NCBI GenBank assembly: GCA_027314825.1
Contig: DAHVAB010000001.1
Coordinates: forward strand, 1 to 34,879
Source of the DNA: Solirubrobacterales bacterium
GTDB taxonomy: Bacteria; Actinomycetota; Thermoleophilia; Solirubrobacterales; Solirubrobacteraceae
Direction: 5' to 3'
DNA length: 34,879 nucleotides
In this document: in pieces, positions 6,274 through 15,545 of the stretch
Layout: each line of letters opens with the position of its first letter
How positions within the stretch are numbered: position 1 is the first letter of the stretch
Made by a program: the position numbers and the translations under genes
Notes under the pieces: model-generated
What the model saw: only the letters and a program-made list of their open reading frames with translations
Database searches by the model: none
Told to the model about the DNA's origin: nothing

Positions 6274-8637
6274 ATGCTCAGAGAGCGCAGGCAGTCACGT
6301 CGGACACCGCTGGCCGCCGCGATCATGGCGGCGCTCGCCGTCGCGCTGGTAACGCCGCTGTTGACGCTAGCAGGCGCTGCTGGCGCCGCGGGCACCTGCC
6401 CCAACGAGGCCGTCCGCTCCCAGCAGCGCGCCACCTATCTGCCGGAATGCCGCGCCTACGAGCTTGTCAGCCCTCCCGGGGCGTTGATTGATCCCGCTAG
6501 CAGCATGAGTGGGCAAGCGGCGATTGACGGCGGAGCGGTGGTGTGGTCCTCCTACTACCCGCCCGAAAGCGAAGCGGGCGCTGCCGGCGGCATGTACTTC
6601 CTCTCACGTCGCGGCGCGAACGGCTGGCAGACGGAAGCCACCGTGCCGTCGCAGTCGCCGGGATCGTCCTTCGTGCTTAGGTGCCCGCCATGGATGTTCT
6701 ACGCAGGGGCGTTGGATGTCGGGGTGCTGAGCGATGGTTGGGAATCTTTCCGGCGTGCTGGCGAGTCCTTGGCCAGCTGTCCCCACAACGAACCGCGGCT
6801 GGTCTCGGAACCTTCGGGCTGGCAGAGCGAACCGGAAGGCGTTCAGAACCTCTTTCTGCGCGACGGCGCGACAGGCGCGTTCAGATTGATAAACAGGACC
6901 GAAGCGGGGACGGTCCCCGGCAACGCCTACTTCGAGGCCGGCTCGACCGAACGGGGCGAAGAATTCAGCCATGTCGTGTTCGAGGAGCGCGCGCGGCTGA
7001 CTAGGGGCGCTCCCGAAGGCGAGGACCTCTACGAGTACGCCGGAGGAGTTGTGCGGTTTGTCTCGGTGCTGCCAGACGGCAGTGCGGTCCCCGGGCAGCT
7101 CGCCAACGGTGTGGAAGTCAGCAGCAAGGCCGAAGATCCGACGGCGGAGTGGGAACTGGACAGCGCCTCCGGTCTCTCAGCGGGCCAGTTCACGCACGCC
7201 GTCTCGCGCGACGGCGAACGGGTGCTGTTCACGTACGAAGGCAGGCTTTACATGCGCCTCAACGCGATGGCGCCCCAGAGTGCGCTCAGCGGCGAAAACT
7301 GTCTCGAACCGGCCAAGGCGTGCACCGTGCAGGTTGACGCCTCCGCCGTTGCAAGCGGCAGCGGCGGCAAGGGGACATTCCTCTGGGCGAATGCGGAAGG
7401 GACGAGGGTCTTCTTCAGCGACACTCCCGTGGCCCAGTTGACGGCCAATACGCAGAGCACAAGCGGCACAAACCTCTATGAATTCAGCCTGCCGCGCGGG
7501 GTGAGCAAAAGCACACTGGTGGATCTGACCCCATATGCGCATGCCGAAGTTGAAGGTATCAGCGGCATCAGCGAAGACGGCACGGTGGTGTACTTCGCGG
7601 CAGATGCGGCGTTGCCGGGGACGGCCGCGCCACAGATGGGAAACTGCGGCGAGCCGTTCGCGGACGTGGAAGCACACGAAACGCACCTCTGCAACCTGTA
7701 CGCATATGCTTCCGGGCATGTCGGCTATGTGGCGCGAGTGGAAGCGCAGCGGGGCGCAATTCACAAGGACTGGGGCGGCGACAACAAGGAACTGACCAGC
7801 CTCACAGCCCGCGTATCGGCAAACGGGCAGTACGTCGTTTTTGAGGATCGCAATGGGCTGCCGAACCCGGAGATCTGGCGCTACCACCTCGGTGCGCCCG
7901 AAGGCCCGGTCTGCGTCTCATGTACGCCGGGTGGCGGCGCGAGCGTCCCAACCGCGGTCCTGCCGCCGCAGCAGGCTGGCAACGACGAAGGGCCGGCCTA
8001 CCTAAACCGCTACGTTCTGAACAGCGGCGATGTCTTCTTCGCGACCGAAGCACCGCTCGTCTTGGCAGCCAGCAACGGGGCATCTAATGTGTATGAGTAT
8101 GCTGAGGGCGCCCCGCACCTGATCTCCTCCGGCGCGAGCGCGCAGGACAGCTACTACGTCGATGTCAGCGAAGGAGGCGAAGCCGGGGAAGGCACCGATG
8201 TCTTCTTTCTGACCGCGCAGTCGCTGCTGCGCGCCGATCCGGGCACGGGACTGAAGCTCTATGACGCGCGAGCCGGCGGCGGCTTCTACGAACCGCCTGC
8301 GTCGTCGGAATGCGGCGAAGCCGACTGCCGATCGCCCTCCGGCGGCGTCACCGCACTGGCGCCTTCCAGCAGCGTCTTCGGCGGCCCGGGCAATCTCATC
8401 GTGTCACCGCGCGCCACGAAACGGAAGATTGCCAAGCGGCCCGTGAAACGGACGAAGCTTCTGCGAGCGCTGACGGCCTGCAAACGGCTATATAGGCATA
8501 ACGCTCAGAGGAGAAAGGCATGCGAGCGGCGCGCCCGCAGACGGTTTGGCGCCAAAGTGAAGCGTGCGCGTCGGCGCGGCAGGCAGCGTCACAGCCGTCA
8601 ACGCCCGCGCCCGCGCGCGCGTCGGGGGACACGATGA
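6274..8637 (+). CDS. Secreted TolB/PD40-like beta-propeller protein, 787 aa, with a very basic Cys-containing C-terminal tail
   Basis: RBS GGAGGAGAGG and a signal peptide. Repeated S.DG..V.F blades (SRDGERVLF, NAEGTRVFF, SEDGTVVYF, SANGQYVVF). Tail KLLRALTACKR..RRKACERRARRRFG. Confidence 0.85.
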   Translation: MLRERRQSRRTPLAAAIMAALAVALVTPLLTLAGAAGAAGTCPNEAVRSQQRATYLPECRAYELVSPPGALIDPASSMSGQAAIDGGAVVWSSYYPPESEAGAAGGMYFLSRRGANGWQTEATVPSQSPGSSFVLRCPPWMFYAGALDVGVLSDGWESFRRAGESLASCPHNEPRLVSEPSGWQSEPEGVQNLFLRDGATGAFRLINRTEAGTVPGNAYFEAGSTERGEEFSHVVFEERARLTRGAPEGEDLYEYAGGVVRFVSVLPDGSAVPGQLANGVEVSSKAEDPTAEWELDSASGLSAGQFTHAVSRDGERVLFTYEGRLYMRLNAMAPQSALSGENCLEPAKACTVQVDASAVASGSGGKGTFLWANAEGTRVFFSDTPVAQLTANTQSTSGTNLYEFSLPRGVSKSTLVDLTPYAHAEVEGISGISEDGTVVYFAADAALPGTAAPQMGNCGEPFADVEAHETHLCNLYAYASGHVGYVARVEAQRGAIHKDWGGDNKELTSLTARVSANGQYVVFEDRNGLPNPEIWRYHLGAPEGPVCVSCTPGGGASVPTAVLPPQQAGNDEGPAYLNRYVLNSGDVFFATEAPLVLAASNGASNVYEYAEGAPHLISSGASAQDSYYVDVSEGGEAGEGTDVFFLTAQSLLRADPGTGLKLYDARAGGGFYEPPASSECGEADCRSPSGGVTALAPSSSVFGGPGNLIVSPRATKRKIAKRPVKRTKLLRALTACKRLYRHNAQRRKACERRARRRFGAKVKRARRRGRQRHSRQRPRPRARRGTR

Positions 8638-8693
8638 GAGTGCTCGCAGAAGCCGCTGACGGTGCGTCTTCGTGTCGTCAGGAGAGGAATGTC

Positions 8694-11600
8694 ATGAGGG
8701 GCAGTTCGATGCGTTCGCGGTGTGGGCGGCTGTCGGCGGCACTGGTCATGCTCCTTGGGGTCGCTGGCTTTGCAGCCACCCCGGTCATGGCGAAGGTGGT
8801 CCACAAGTTCGAAGGCAGCTTCGTGCGGGCCGGCAGCGAAAGCCTGACGGACATCGTCGGTGTTGCGGTCAACAGCGTCGGCATCGGCACGAGCGCGGGC
8901 GATGTCTACGTCACCAATGCGCCGTCCCTGAAAGAAGCCAACAATGCGGTCTACCAGTTCAAGGCGGACGGCACCTACACCGGCGTGAAGCTCACCGGGG
9001 CTGAAACGCCGGCGGGATCGTTCTCGGTTGCCAAGGCAGCCTTCGCAGCGGCGGGCGGGATCGCGGTTGGCGCGAAAGGCGACATATATGTGGCCGACAT
9101 CGCTCACAACGTGGTCGATGTGTTCAACGAAGCCGGCACGTACCTCTGTCAGATCACAGGTGAAGGCGTCACCTCGCCATCCGAGTGCGACAAAGAAGCC
9201 TCCGGGCAGGCGCCAAAATTCACGCCGAAGGGCATCGCGGTGGGCTTTGGCGGAGAACTCTATGTCGCCAACGAAGCAGCGAACGTGATAGACAAGTTCA
9301 ACGCTGCCGGCGAATTGATCGGCACGGTGGCAGGCGCCGCGCTCGCCAAACCGACGATGGTGGCGGTGGGCGACGCAGGTGACCTATTCGTCCGCAACGG
9401 CGGCGGCACTCCGTTTGTGCACGGCACGGGCGTGGTCGAGATCAGCGCCACGGGCAGCCTGATCGCAAGCCTTCCGGCGGCCGAACCGAGGGGGCTCGCC
9501 GCCGACTTCAGCACAGGCCTTGCCTACGTGTCCGAATCGGAAACAATCGAAAAAAGAACCGGTCAAGACCCGCGCATTGGGGAGTACCGCACGAACGGCG
9601 GCCTGATCGACACGTTCGCCGGCGAACAGATGAAGAACGCGCTCTCATCGCTTGGGGTGAACGCGAGCGACGGGAAGGTCTACGTGGCCGAGCTGATCGT
9701 GGGCGTAGAGATCTTCAGTGGCGACATCGTGGTGCCGAACGTGACGATCGCGCCCGCAACCGCCGTGGAAGAAACAGCGGCGACGCTGCATGGCGAAGTC
9801 GCCCCCGACACGACTGACGGCGGCAAGGAAATCACCAAGTGCCAGTTCGAATACGTCACGCAGGCACACTTCGAAGCGGAAGGCTTCAAGGGCGCGACGA
9901 TCGCCGGTTGCGCACCTGGCCTGCCGTACGCCACATCGACCAACGTATCTGCGGCAGTCAGCGGGCTCGCGGCGGCAACCACCTACCACGTGCGGATCAT
10001 GGCCGAAAACGCGGGGGCAACGGGCGTGCCGAGCTACAGTGAACCGGGGATCGACTTCAAAACAAAAGGCGCACCCGTGATCGAGGCACAGAGCGCATCT
10101 GCGATCACGCGGCGCGAAGCCACACTGCAAGCGCACATCAACCCGGACGGCTTCGACACACACTACTTCGTCGAATACGGACAGAGCGAAGCCTACGGCA
10201 GCACCGTCCCCGCGAGCCCCGTCGACATCGGCAGTGGGGAAGCGACTCTGACAGAGAGGCAACCCATCAGCGGACTGAGGGTGGGCACCATCTACCACTA
10301 CCGTGTCGTGGCGAGCAACTCGCAAGGCACGGTCTACGGTGCAGACGAGACACTTCAGACCGTGCCGGTCGCCGGTGTGGCATTCCAGGCTGCGGAAGCG
10401 GCGGCGGAAACAGCGGTGATCAAGGCGCAGGTCGATCCCGCTGAGGGACTCACACCGCTGGCAGACGAAACGAAGTGCAGGCTGCAGTACGTGACCGAAG
10501 CGCAGAAGCAAGCATCCGGCTACGAACGCGCGGCAACGGTGCCGTGCGAACCCGCGACGATTGCGGCGACCTCGAGCGGGGAAAACGTGATCGTTCGTCT
10601 CAGCGGCCTGACGGCCGACACCGTCTACCACTACCGGGTCGTCGTCGAAAATGAAGAAGGGCGGCAATCGCAGGCGCAGGCAAGCTTCGCGACGTTCGGC
10701 ATCGAAGCGGGCGGCCTGACCGCAGGGCTGCTCGACGAAGCCGGCCAGCCCTATGCGCGGGCAGGCGGCCACCCCTACGAGCTCACCACCGACGTGGCGT
10801 TCAACACCTCCAGCAATGCCAACGGCTACAAGCCCGGCAGCGGCCGGATCAAGGATGTGCGGGTGCGCCTTCCACAGGGCATGGTCGGCAACCCGGCGCC
10901 CTTCGCGCAATGTCCGAGGCAAGTCGCCGAACGGGGGGGCGGATGTCCGTCCGACAGCCAGGTCGGGATTGTGGAAGTCACACTCGCCTTCGTAGGGGAA
11001 GTTACGCGTCACGGAGAAACGGTCGTCAGTGTGGTGCCACTTTTTGAGCTTGTTCCGCCGCGGGGGCTCCCGGCGGAGTTCGGCACCTACCCGATCGGCG
11101 GGCAGGCGATCGCGACGATCGCCGCGCGGGTGCGAACCGGCGAAGGGTACGGGATCGAAGCGAGCGCGCTGAACATCGCCACGATCGGGAATGTGGTGGC
11201 GGTGAAGGTGGTCATGTGGGGAGTGCCGGCTGACCCCAGCCACAACGCCGAACGGTCCTGCCCCGGGGGCGGTAGCGGGTGCTCGGCGGGTGGGGGACTG
11301 AAGCCGTTCCTGACCGATCCGACATCCTGCACCGGCCCGCTGCCGGTGACCGCAAGGGTCGACTCGTATAACGCGCCCGGGGAATATGTGGGCGCGACGG
11401 AGACGATGTCCAGCGGTATGCAGGGGTGTGAAAAGCTGCAGTTCGCGCCCGGCCTGACGGTCACGCCGGTCGAGTCCATCGCGGACAGTCCGACGGGCCT
11501 AGAAGTGGATCTGCTCGTGCCGCAGAACGAAAACCCGACGGGGATCGCCGAGGCCGACCTCAAGAACGCCGAAGTCAAGCTGCCGGCGGGCGTGACGCTC

Positions 11601-13667
11601 AACCCGTCGTCCGCGAACGGGCTGGTCGGCTGCCCGCTGCTGAGCGGCAAAGAAGCGCATCCGGGCGTCTCTGGGATCGACCTGGAAGACGGGGAAGCGG
11701 CGAAATGCCCGAACGCGTCGAAGGTCGGCAGCGTGAGGATCAGGACGCCGCTGCTGGAAGAAGAACTGGAAGGCGGGATCTACGTCGCGCAGCAGGGCGC
11801 GAACCCGTTCAAATCGCTGCTGGCGCTGTATATCGCGGCGGAAGCGCCGGAACGGGGAGTGGTGGTCAAGCTGGCCGGGCATGTGCATCTCGACTCCGCC
11901 ACCGGGCGGCTGACGACGACGTTCGACGAAAACCCGCAGCTGCCGTTCGAAGAGCTGAAGCTCGACTTCTTCGGCGGGCAGCGGGCGCCGTTGGCCACGC
12001 CGCGCACATGCGGGAGCTATACGACGACGAGCGTGCTGGAACCCTGGTCGCATCAGCCGGCTCCGGGGGAAGCGGCCGGGACGCCGAACGCGACGCCGGA
12101 ATCGTCGTTCAAGATCACGAGCGGTCCCGGTGGCTCGGCCTGCGGACCGTCGCCGTTTGCGCCGGTGTTCGAAGCGGGGACTGCGAGCAACCAGGGCGGC
12201 GCGTTCAGCCCGTTCGTGATGACGCTGAAGCGCGGCGACGGCGAACAGCGGTTCAGCACCGTGGATATGACGATGCCGAAGGGCGTCGCCGGGATGCTCT
12301 CCAAGGTGCCGCTGTGCACGCAGGCCCAGGCGCAGGCCGACGGCTGTGCCGCCGCGTCGCAGATCGGGCATGTGCTCGTGCAGGCGGGCGTGGGCAGTCA
12401 GCCGATCACGCTGCCGGAATCCGGCAAGGCCGAAGATCCCGTCTACCTGCTCGGGCCGACCGAAGGCGCGCCGTTCGGGTTGGCGATCGTGGTGCATCCG
12501 GAAGCGGGGCCGTTCAACCTGGAAGAAGGCGGCAGGCCGGTGATCGTGCTTGCGAAGGTGATGGTCAACCCGCGCACCGCGCAGGTGTCGGTCGCCAGCA
12601 AAGCGATGCCGTCGATCCTGCGAGGGATCCCGCTCGACGTGAGGACGATTCACGTGGTGATCGATCGCAAGGGCTTCATGTTCAACCCGACCAGCTGCAC
12701 GCCGATGGGCGTGGCGGGCACGATCACAAGCCAGGAAGGCGCCTCCGCGAGCGTCTCCAGCCGCTTCCAGGCGGCGGGCTGTCGCGGGTTGAGCTTCAAG
12801 CCGACGTTCAGCGCCCTGATCCACGCCAAGCACTCGCGCAAGGACGGCGAGTACCTGCACGTGGTCATCGGCTCGGCGTTCGGGGAGGCGAACCTCGCCA
12901 GGGTCCATGTGCGGCTGCCGAAGCAGCTGCCATCCCGGGATTCGACATTGAAACTGGCGTGCTCGGAAGCGCAGTTCGCGGCGAACCCCGCGGCCTGCCC
13001 GGCCGGGTCGGTCGTCGGTCATGCGGTCGTGTACACGCCGGTGCTGCGCAAACCGCTCACCGGGCCTGCGATCTTCGTAAGCCACGGTGGTCGGGCGTTC
13101 CCGAACCTCGATCTCGTGCTCCAGGGCGAAGGGGTGACGATCGTCAACGAAGGCGACACGTTCATCGGCAAGAAGGGGATCACGACGTCCTCCTTCAACG
13201 CGATCCCGGACGTGCCGGTCAGCCGGATCAGCCTCGTGCTGCCGGCAGGGCCGCACTCGGCGCTCGCAGGTGAGGGCAACCTCTGCAAGGGGACGCTGCA
13301 CATGCCGGCCACGCTCACCGGGCAGAACGGGGCGGTCGTCTCCCAGAAGACGAAGATCATGGTCGAAGGCTGCACAGCGCAGATCGCGATCCTCAAACAC
13401 CGTGTGCGCGGCGCGGAAGCGACGATCATCCTCCACGTGCCATCGGCCGGGAGGCTGACAGCGAGCGGCCGGGGCATCTCGAAGGTCTCCAAGCAGGTCA
13501 GCAAGCACGGTGGCCGCGTCGGGATCACCGTGAGGCTCAAGCGCCACTTCCGGCGCCTGCTCGCCCATCGCCGGCGCCGCCACGCGATCACAGTGACAGT
13601 CCACCTCCGCTTCAAGCCGCCCCACGGCAAGGCGATCGCGGGCCGCGAGAGGGTGAGGCTGCGCTGA
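8694..13667 (+). CDS. Large secreted protein, ~1657 aa: NHL-repeat propeller + three FnIII-like domains + four copies of an unknown Cys-containing domain + basic C-terminal domain
   Basis: RBS AGGAGAGGA before ATG 8694; an alternative ATG at 8634 overlaps the upstream stop. NHL blades (GIAVG..GDIYVAD..HNVVDVF; PKGIAVG..GELYVAN). FnIII-like L...TxYHxRxxAxN x3. LPxG..C..CPxxSxVG x4. Confidence 0.9.
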   Translation: MRGSSMRSRCGRLSAALVMLLGVAGFAATPVMAKVVHKFEGSFVRAGSESLTDIVGVAVNSVGIGTSAGDVYVTNAPSLKEANNAVYQFKADGTYTGVKLTGAETPAGSFSVAKAAFAAAGGIAVGAKGDIYVADIAHNVVDVFNEAGTYLCQITGEGVTSPSECDKEASGQAPKFTPKGIAVGFGGELYVANEAANVIDKFNAAGELIGTVAGAALAKPTMVAVGDAGDLFVRNGGGTPFVHGTGVVEISATGSLIASLPAAEPRGLAADFSTGLAYVSESETIEKRTGQDPRIGEYRTNGGLIDTFAGEQMKNALSSLGVNASDGKVYVAELIVGVEIFSGDIVVPNVTIAPATAVEETAATLHGEVAPDTTDGGKEITKCQFEYVTQAHFEAEGFKGATIAGCAPGLPYATSTNVSAAVSGLAAATTYHVRIMAENAGATGVPSYSEPGIDFKTKGAPVIEAQSASAITRREATLQAHINPDGFDTHYFVEYGQSEAYGSTVPASPVDIGSGEATLTERQPISGLRVGTIYHYRVVASNSQGTVYGADETLQTVPVAGVAFQAAEAAAETAVIKAQVDPAEGLTPLADETKCRLQYVTEAQKQASGYERAATVPCEPATIAATSSGENVIVRLSGLTADTVYHYRVVVENEEGRQSQAQASFATFGIEAGGLTAGLLDEAGQPYARAGGHPYELTTDVAFNTSSNANGYKPGSGRIKDVRVRLPQGMVGNPAPFAQCPRQVAERGGGCPSDSQVGIVEVTLAFVGEVTRHGETVVSVVPLFELVPPRGLPAEFGTYPIGGQAIATIAARVRTGEGYGIEASALNIATIGNVVAVKVVMWGVPADPSHNAERSCPGGGSGCSAGGGLKPFLTDPTSCTGPLPVTARVDSYNAPGEYVGATETMSSGMQGCEKLQFAPGLTVTPVESIADSPTGLEVDLLVPQNENPTGIAEADLKNAEVKLPAGVTLNPSSANGLVGCPLLSGKEAHPGVSGIDLEDGEAAKCPNASKVGSVRIRTPLLEEELEGGIYVAQQGANPFKSLLALYIAAEAPERGVVVKLAGHVHLDSATGRLTTTFDENPQLPFEELKLDFFGGQRAPLATPRTCGSYTTTSVLEPWSHQPAPGEAAGTPNATPESSFKITSGPGGSACGPSPFAPVFEAGTASNQGGAFSPFVMTLKRGDGEQRFSTVDMTMPKGVAGMLSKVPLCTQAQAQADGCAAASQIGHVLVQAGVGSQPITLPESGKAEDPVYLLGPTEGAPFGLAIVVHPEAGPFNLEEGGRPVIVLAKVMVNPRTAQVSVASKAMPSILRGIPLDVRTIHVVIDRKGFMFNPTSCTPMGVAGTITSQEGASASVSSRFQAAGCRGLSFKPTFSALIHAKHSRKDGEYLHVVIGSAFGEANLARVHVRLPKQLPSRDSTLKLACSEAQFAANPAACPAGSVVGHAVVYTPVLRKPLTGPAIFVSHGGRAFPNLDLVLQGEGVTIVNEGDTFIGKKGITTSSFNAIPDVPVSRISLVLPAGPHSALAGEGNLCKGTLHMPATLTGQNGAVVSQKTKIMVEGCTAQIAILKHRVRGAEATIILHVPSAGRLTASGRGISKVSKQVSKHGGRVGITVRLKRHFRRLLAHRRRRHAITVTVHLRFKPPHGKAIAGRERVRLR

Positions 13668-13801
13668 TGGCTCGCCACCCTGCGGGCTACCGGGGAAAGC
13701 TCACCGCGAAGGGCGCCGGCATAGGCGCCGGCACGCATGCGGCCGGCGATGCGCTCATGCGGGGAGGGGCGTCACGCTCCCACCTCTCCGGCGTGACGCT
13801 C

Positions 13802-13844
13802 GGGCGGGGCCGGGGTGGGCCTTCGGCCGCCCCGGCGTCCGCCT
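13802..13844. terminator. Stem-loop between convergent genes
   Basis: GGGCGG-GGCCGGGGTGGGC [CTTCG] GCCGCCCCGGC-GTCCGCCT, lying between the 13667 and 13875 stops. Confidence 0.45.
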
Positions 13845-13874
13845 GCGCGACTCGCGGTGCGGCTGCGATGTCGC

Positions 13875-14618
13875 TCAGCGGGCGCGACGGCGCTCATCTG
13901 CGGCCGCGGGCGCCGGCGCCCGCTTCTTGGCGCGGGCGCCGTCGGAGTGCTTGGCGGGCTTCGACTGCGCGGCCTCCTTGGCCTCGTTCTCCATCTGCAC
14001 TGCGGCGAGCACTGCGCCGAACAGCACGCGGCTGCACAGCTGGCCGACCTGATCGCGGTCGAGGTGGCCCCGCTGCAGCCACGCGATCTGCACGCCGTCG
14101 GCGAAGTGCAGCCATCCCTCCAGGGTCGCGACCACCAGCGGGGTGGGCTCCACGCCCTCCGGCAGGCCCTCAATCATCAGATCGAGCCGTTCGGCGCGTT
14201 CCCGCTCGACGATCGCGCTCACCTTCGGCTGGGATGCCGCCCCGCGCAGGAGCTCCCTGTAGCCGGTGGGACGCTCCGCGACGAAGCGCAGATGCGCGTC
14301 CATCCCTGCCATCAGCTGCTCCAGCGGCGGCTTGGACGGATCGGTCGCCTCGTCGATCCGCTGCCGCAGTTCGGAGGCGAGCAGTTCCAGGCCCGCGGCA
14401 TACAGGCCCTGCTTGTCCTTGAAATGGTAGTAGAGCAACCCCGTCGCCACGCCCGCGTCCTCGGCGATCTCCTGGACGGAGACCTCTTCGTAGGGGCGCT
14501 CCGAGAAGAGGCGGATCGCCGTCTCGATCAGCCGCGAGCGGCGCTCGTCCCGCCTGCGCCGGGGCCGGGCCGGCGGGCGCTCGGTCTGCTCTCGAATTGT
14601 CCGCAAGGTTGGATACAT
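13875..14618 (-). CDS. TetR/AcrR-family transcriptional regulator
   Basis: ERRSRLIETAIRLFSERPYEEVSVQEIAEDAGVATGLLYYHFKDK is a canonical TetR HTH. Start uncertain (ATG 14618 or TTG 14606). Confidence 0.9.
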   Translation of the reverse strand: MYPTLRTIREQTERPPARPRRRRDERRSRLIETAIRLFSERPYEEVSVQEIAEDAGVATGLLYYHFKDKQGLYAAGLELLASELRQRIDEATDPSKPPLEQLMAGMDAHLRFVAERPTGYRELLRGAASQPKVSAIVERERAERLDLMIEGLPEGVEPTPLVVATLEGWLHFADGVQIAWLQRGHLDRDQVGQLCSRVLFGAVLAAVQMENEAKEAAQSKPAKHSDGARAKKRAPAPAAADERRRAR

Positions 14619-14632
14619 TACGTCCGCGAGCG

Positions 14633-14647
14633 CTGAATGACATTCAG
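14633..14647. promoter_or_regulatory. Perfect palindrome CTGAATG-A-CATTCAG (TGAA-N5-TTCA)
   Basis: Lies between the divergent TetR and the 14726 gene; same core as 4946, 5430, 22364 and 22387. Confidence 0.7.
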
Positions 14648-14725
14648 TCTTCCGGCGGGCGCATATCTCACGCGCGCCGCCGGCGGTCGTGCTCCGGCCC
14701 AACGATGACCCAGAGGAGGGCCACC

Positions 14726-15418
14726 ATGAGAAGCAACGAGAGATCATCACTCGGGCGGCGGCTGCGCGTGCTCGCCTTCGCCGTCGGGGCGATGCTGGCA
14801 GTCTGCGCCACAGCGGCGTCCGCAGCATCCGCCTACACCTTCGAAGCCGAAGAATATCCGGCGTATGGGATCGGCAAGAACACCGAACCCCAGGAATTCA
14901 AAGTCGGCGCCGGATCGATCCAGTGCAGCGAAGTGACATTCACCGGCAACATCGACGAAGCCTCCGAAACTCTGCGCGTCAAAGCGCAATACGGCGGATG
15001 CACGGCGTTCGGCCTGTCGGCGGAAGTCTCGATGGGCGGATGCGAATACGAATTCCGGATGACAGAAGAAACGGTCGCGGGCCACTTCAAGGGCGAAGAC
15101 GCGATCGTCAACGCGAGCGGAAAATCCTGCTCCGAACACCCGATCACGATGAAGGCCATCACTTGCACGGTCACGTCCGGGCCGCAGGAAGGGCTCCACA
15201 CCGTCGAAGCGACCGATCTGAACGGATCCTCGTGGCTGACGCCGCCCCACCCGCCGTGGGCGGAAGTCGAATCGAGCAGCGTGATCACCAACGCCAAGTA
15301 CACCGAAAGCAGCGGCTGCATCAGTCCGGGCGAACACGGCAACGGCGAATACATCGGCACGACGCTGATCAAGGTCTACAACGAAATCGAAGAACAGATC
15401 GGCGGGCGCGTCCTCTGA
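14726..15418 (+). CDS. Small secreted beta-rich protein, 230 aa, 6 Cys in the mature part; paralog of 5560-6144
   Basis: RBS GAGGAGG at 14713-14719 and ATG at 14726. Signal peptide ends ..AASAASA. C-terminal GNGEYIGTTLI resembles SEGTYTGNSLV. Confidence 0.9.
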   Translation: MRSNERSSLGRRLRVLAFAVGAMLAVCATAASAASAYTFEAEEYPAYGIGKNTEPQEFKVGAGSIQCSEVTFTGNIDEASETLRVKAQYGGCTAFGLSAEVSMGGCEYEFRMTEETVAGHFKGEDAIVNASGKSCSEHPITMKAITCTVTSGPQEGLHTVEATDLNGSSWLTPPHPPWAEVESSSVITNAKYTESSGCISPGEHGNGEYIGTTLIKVYNEIEEQIGGRVL

Positions 15419-15425
15419 TCTCATG

Positions 15426-15466
15426 GCCGGCGGCGGGCGGGCCTTCGTGCTCGCCCGGCGACCGGC
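15426..15466 (+). terminator. Stem-loop after the small secreted gene
   Basis: GCCGG..CGGGCGGGC [CTTCGT] GCTCGCCCG..CCGGC, immediately after the 15418 stop. Confidence 0.55.
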
Positions 15467-15545
15467 GCTCCACGCCGCGCTGGAGGTTCGACCCTTCCGC
15501 CGCCTCGCGCCGGGACAGGCTCATGGGTGTATAACCGTGGGGGCG

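Noticed and set aside
14633-14647. TGAA-N5-TTCA as a LexA, Rex or ArgR box
   Set aside because: The spacer length differs from each of these, and the downstream genes are not SOS, redox or arginine genes.
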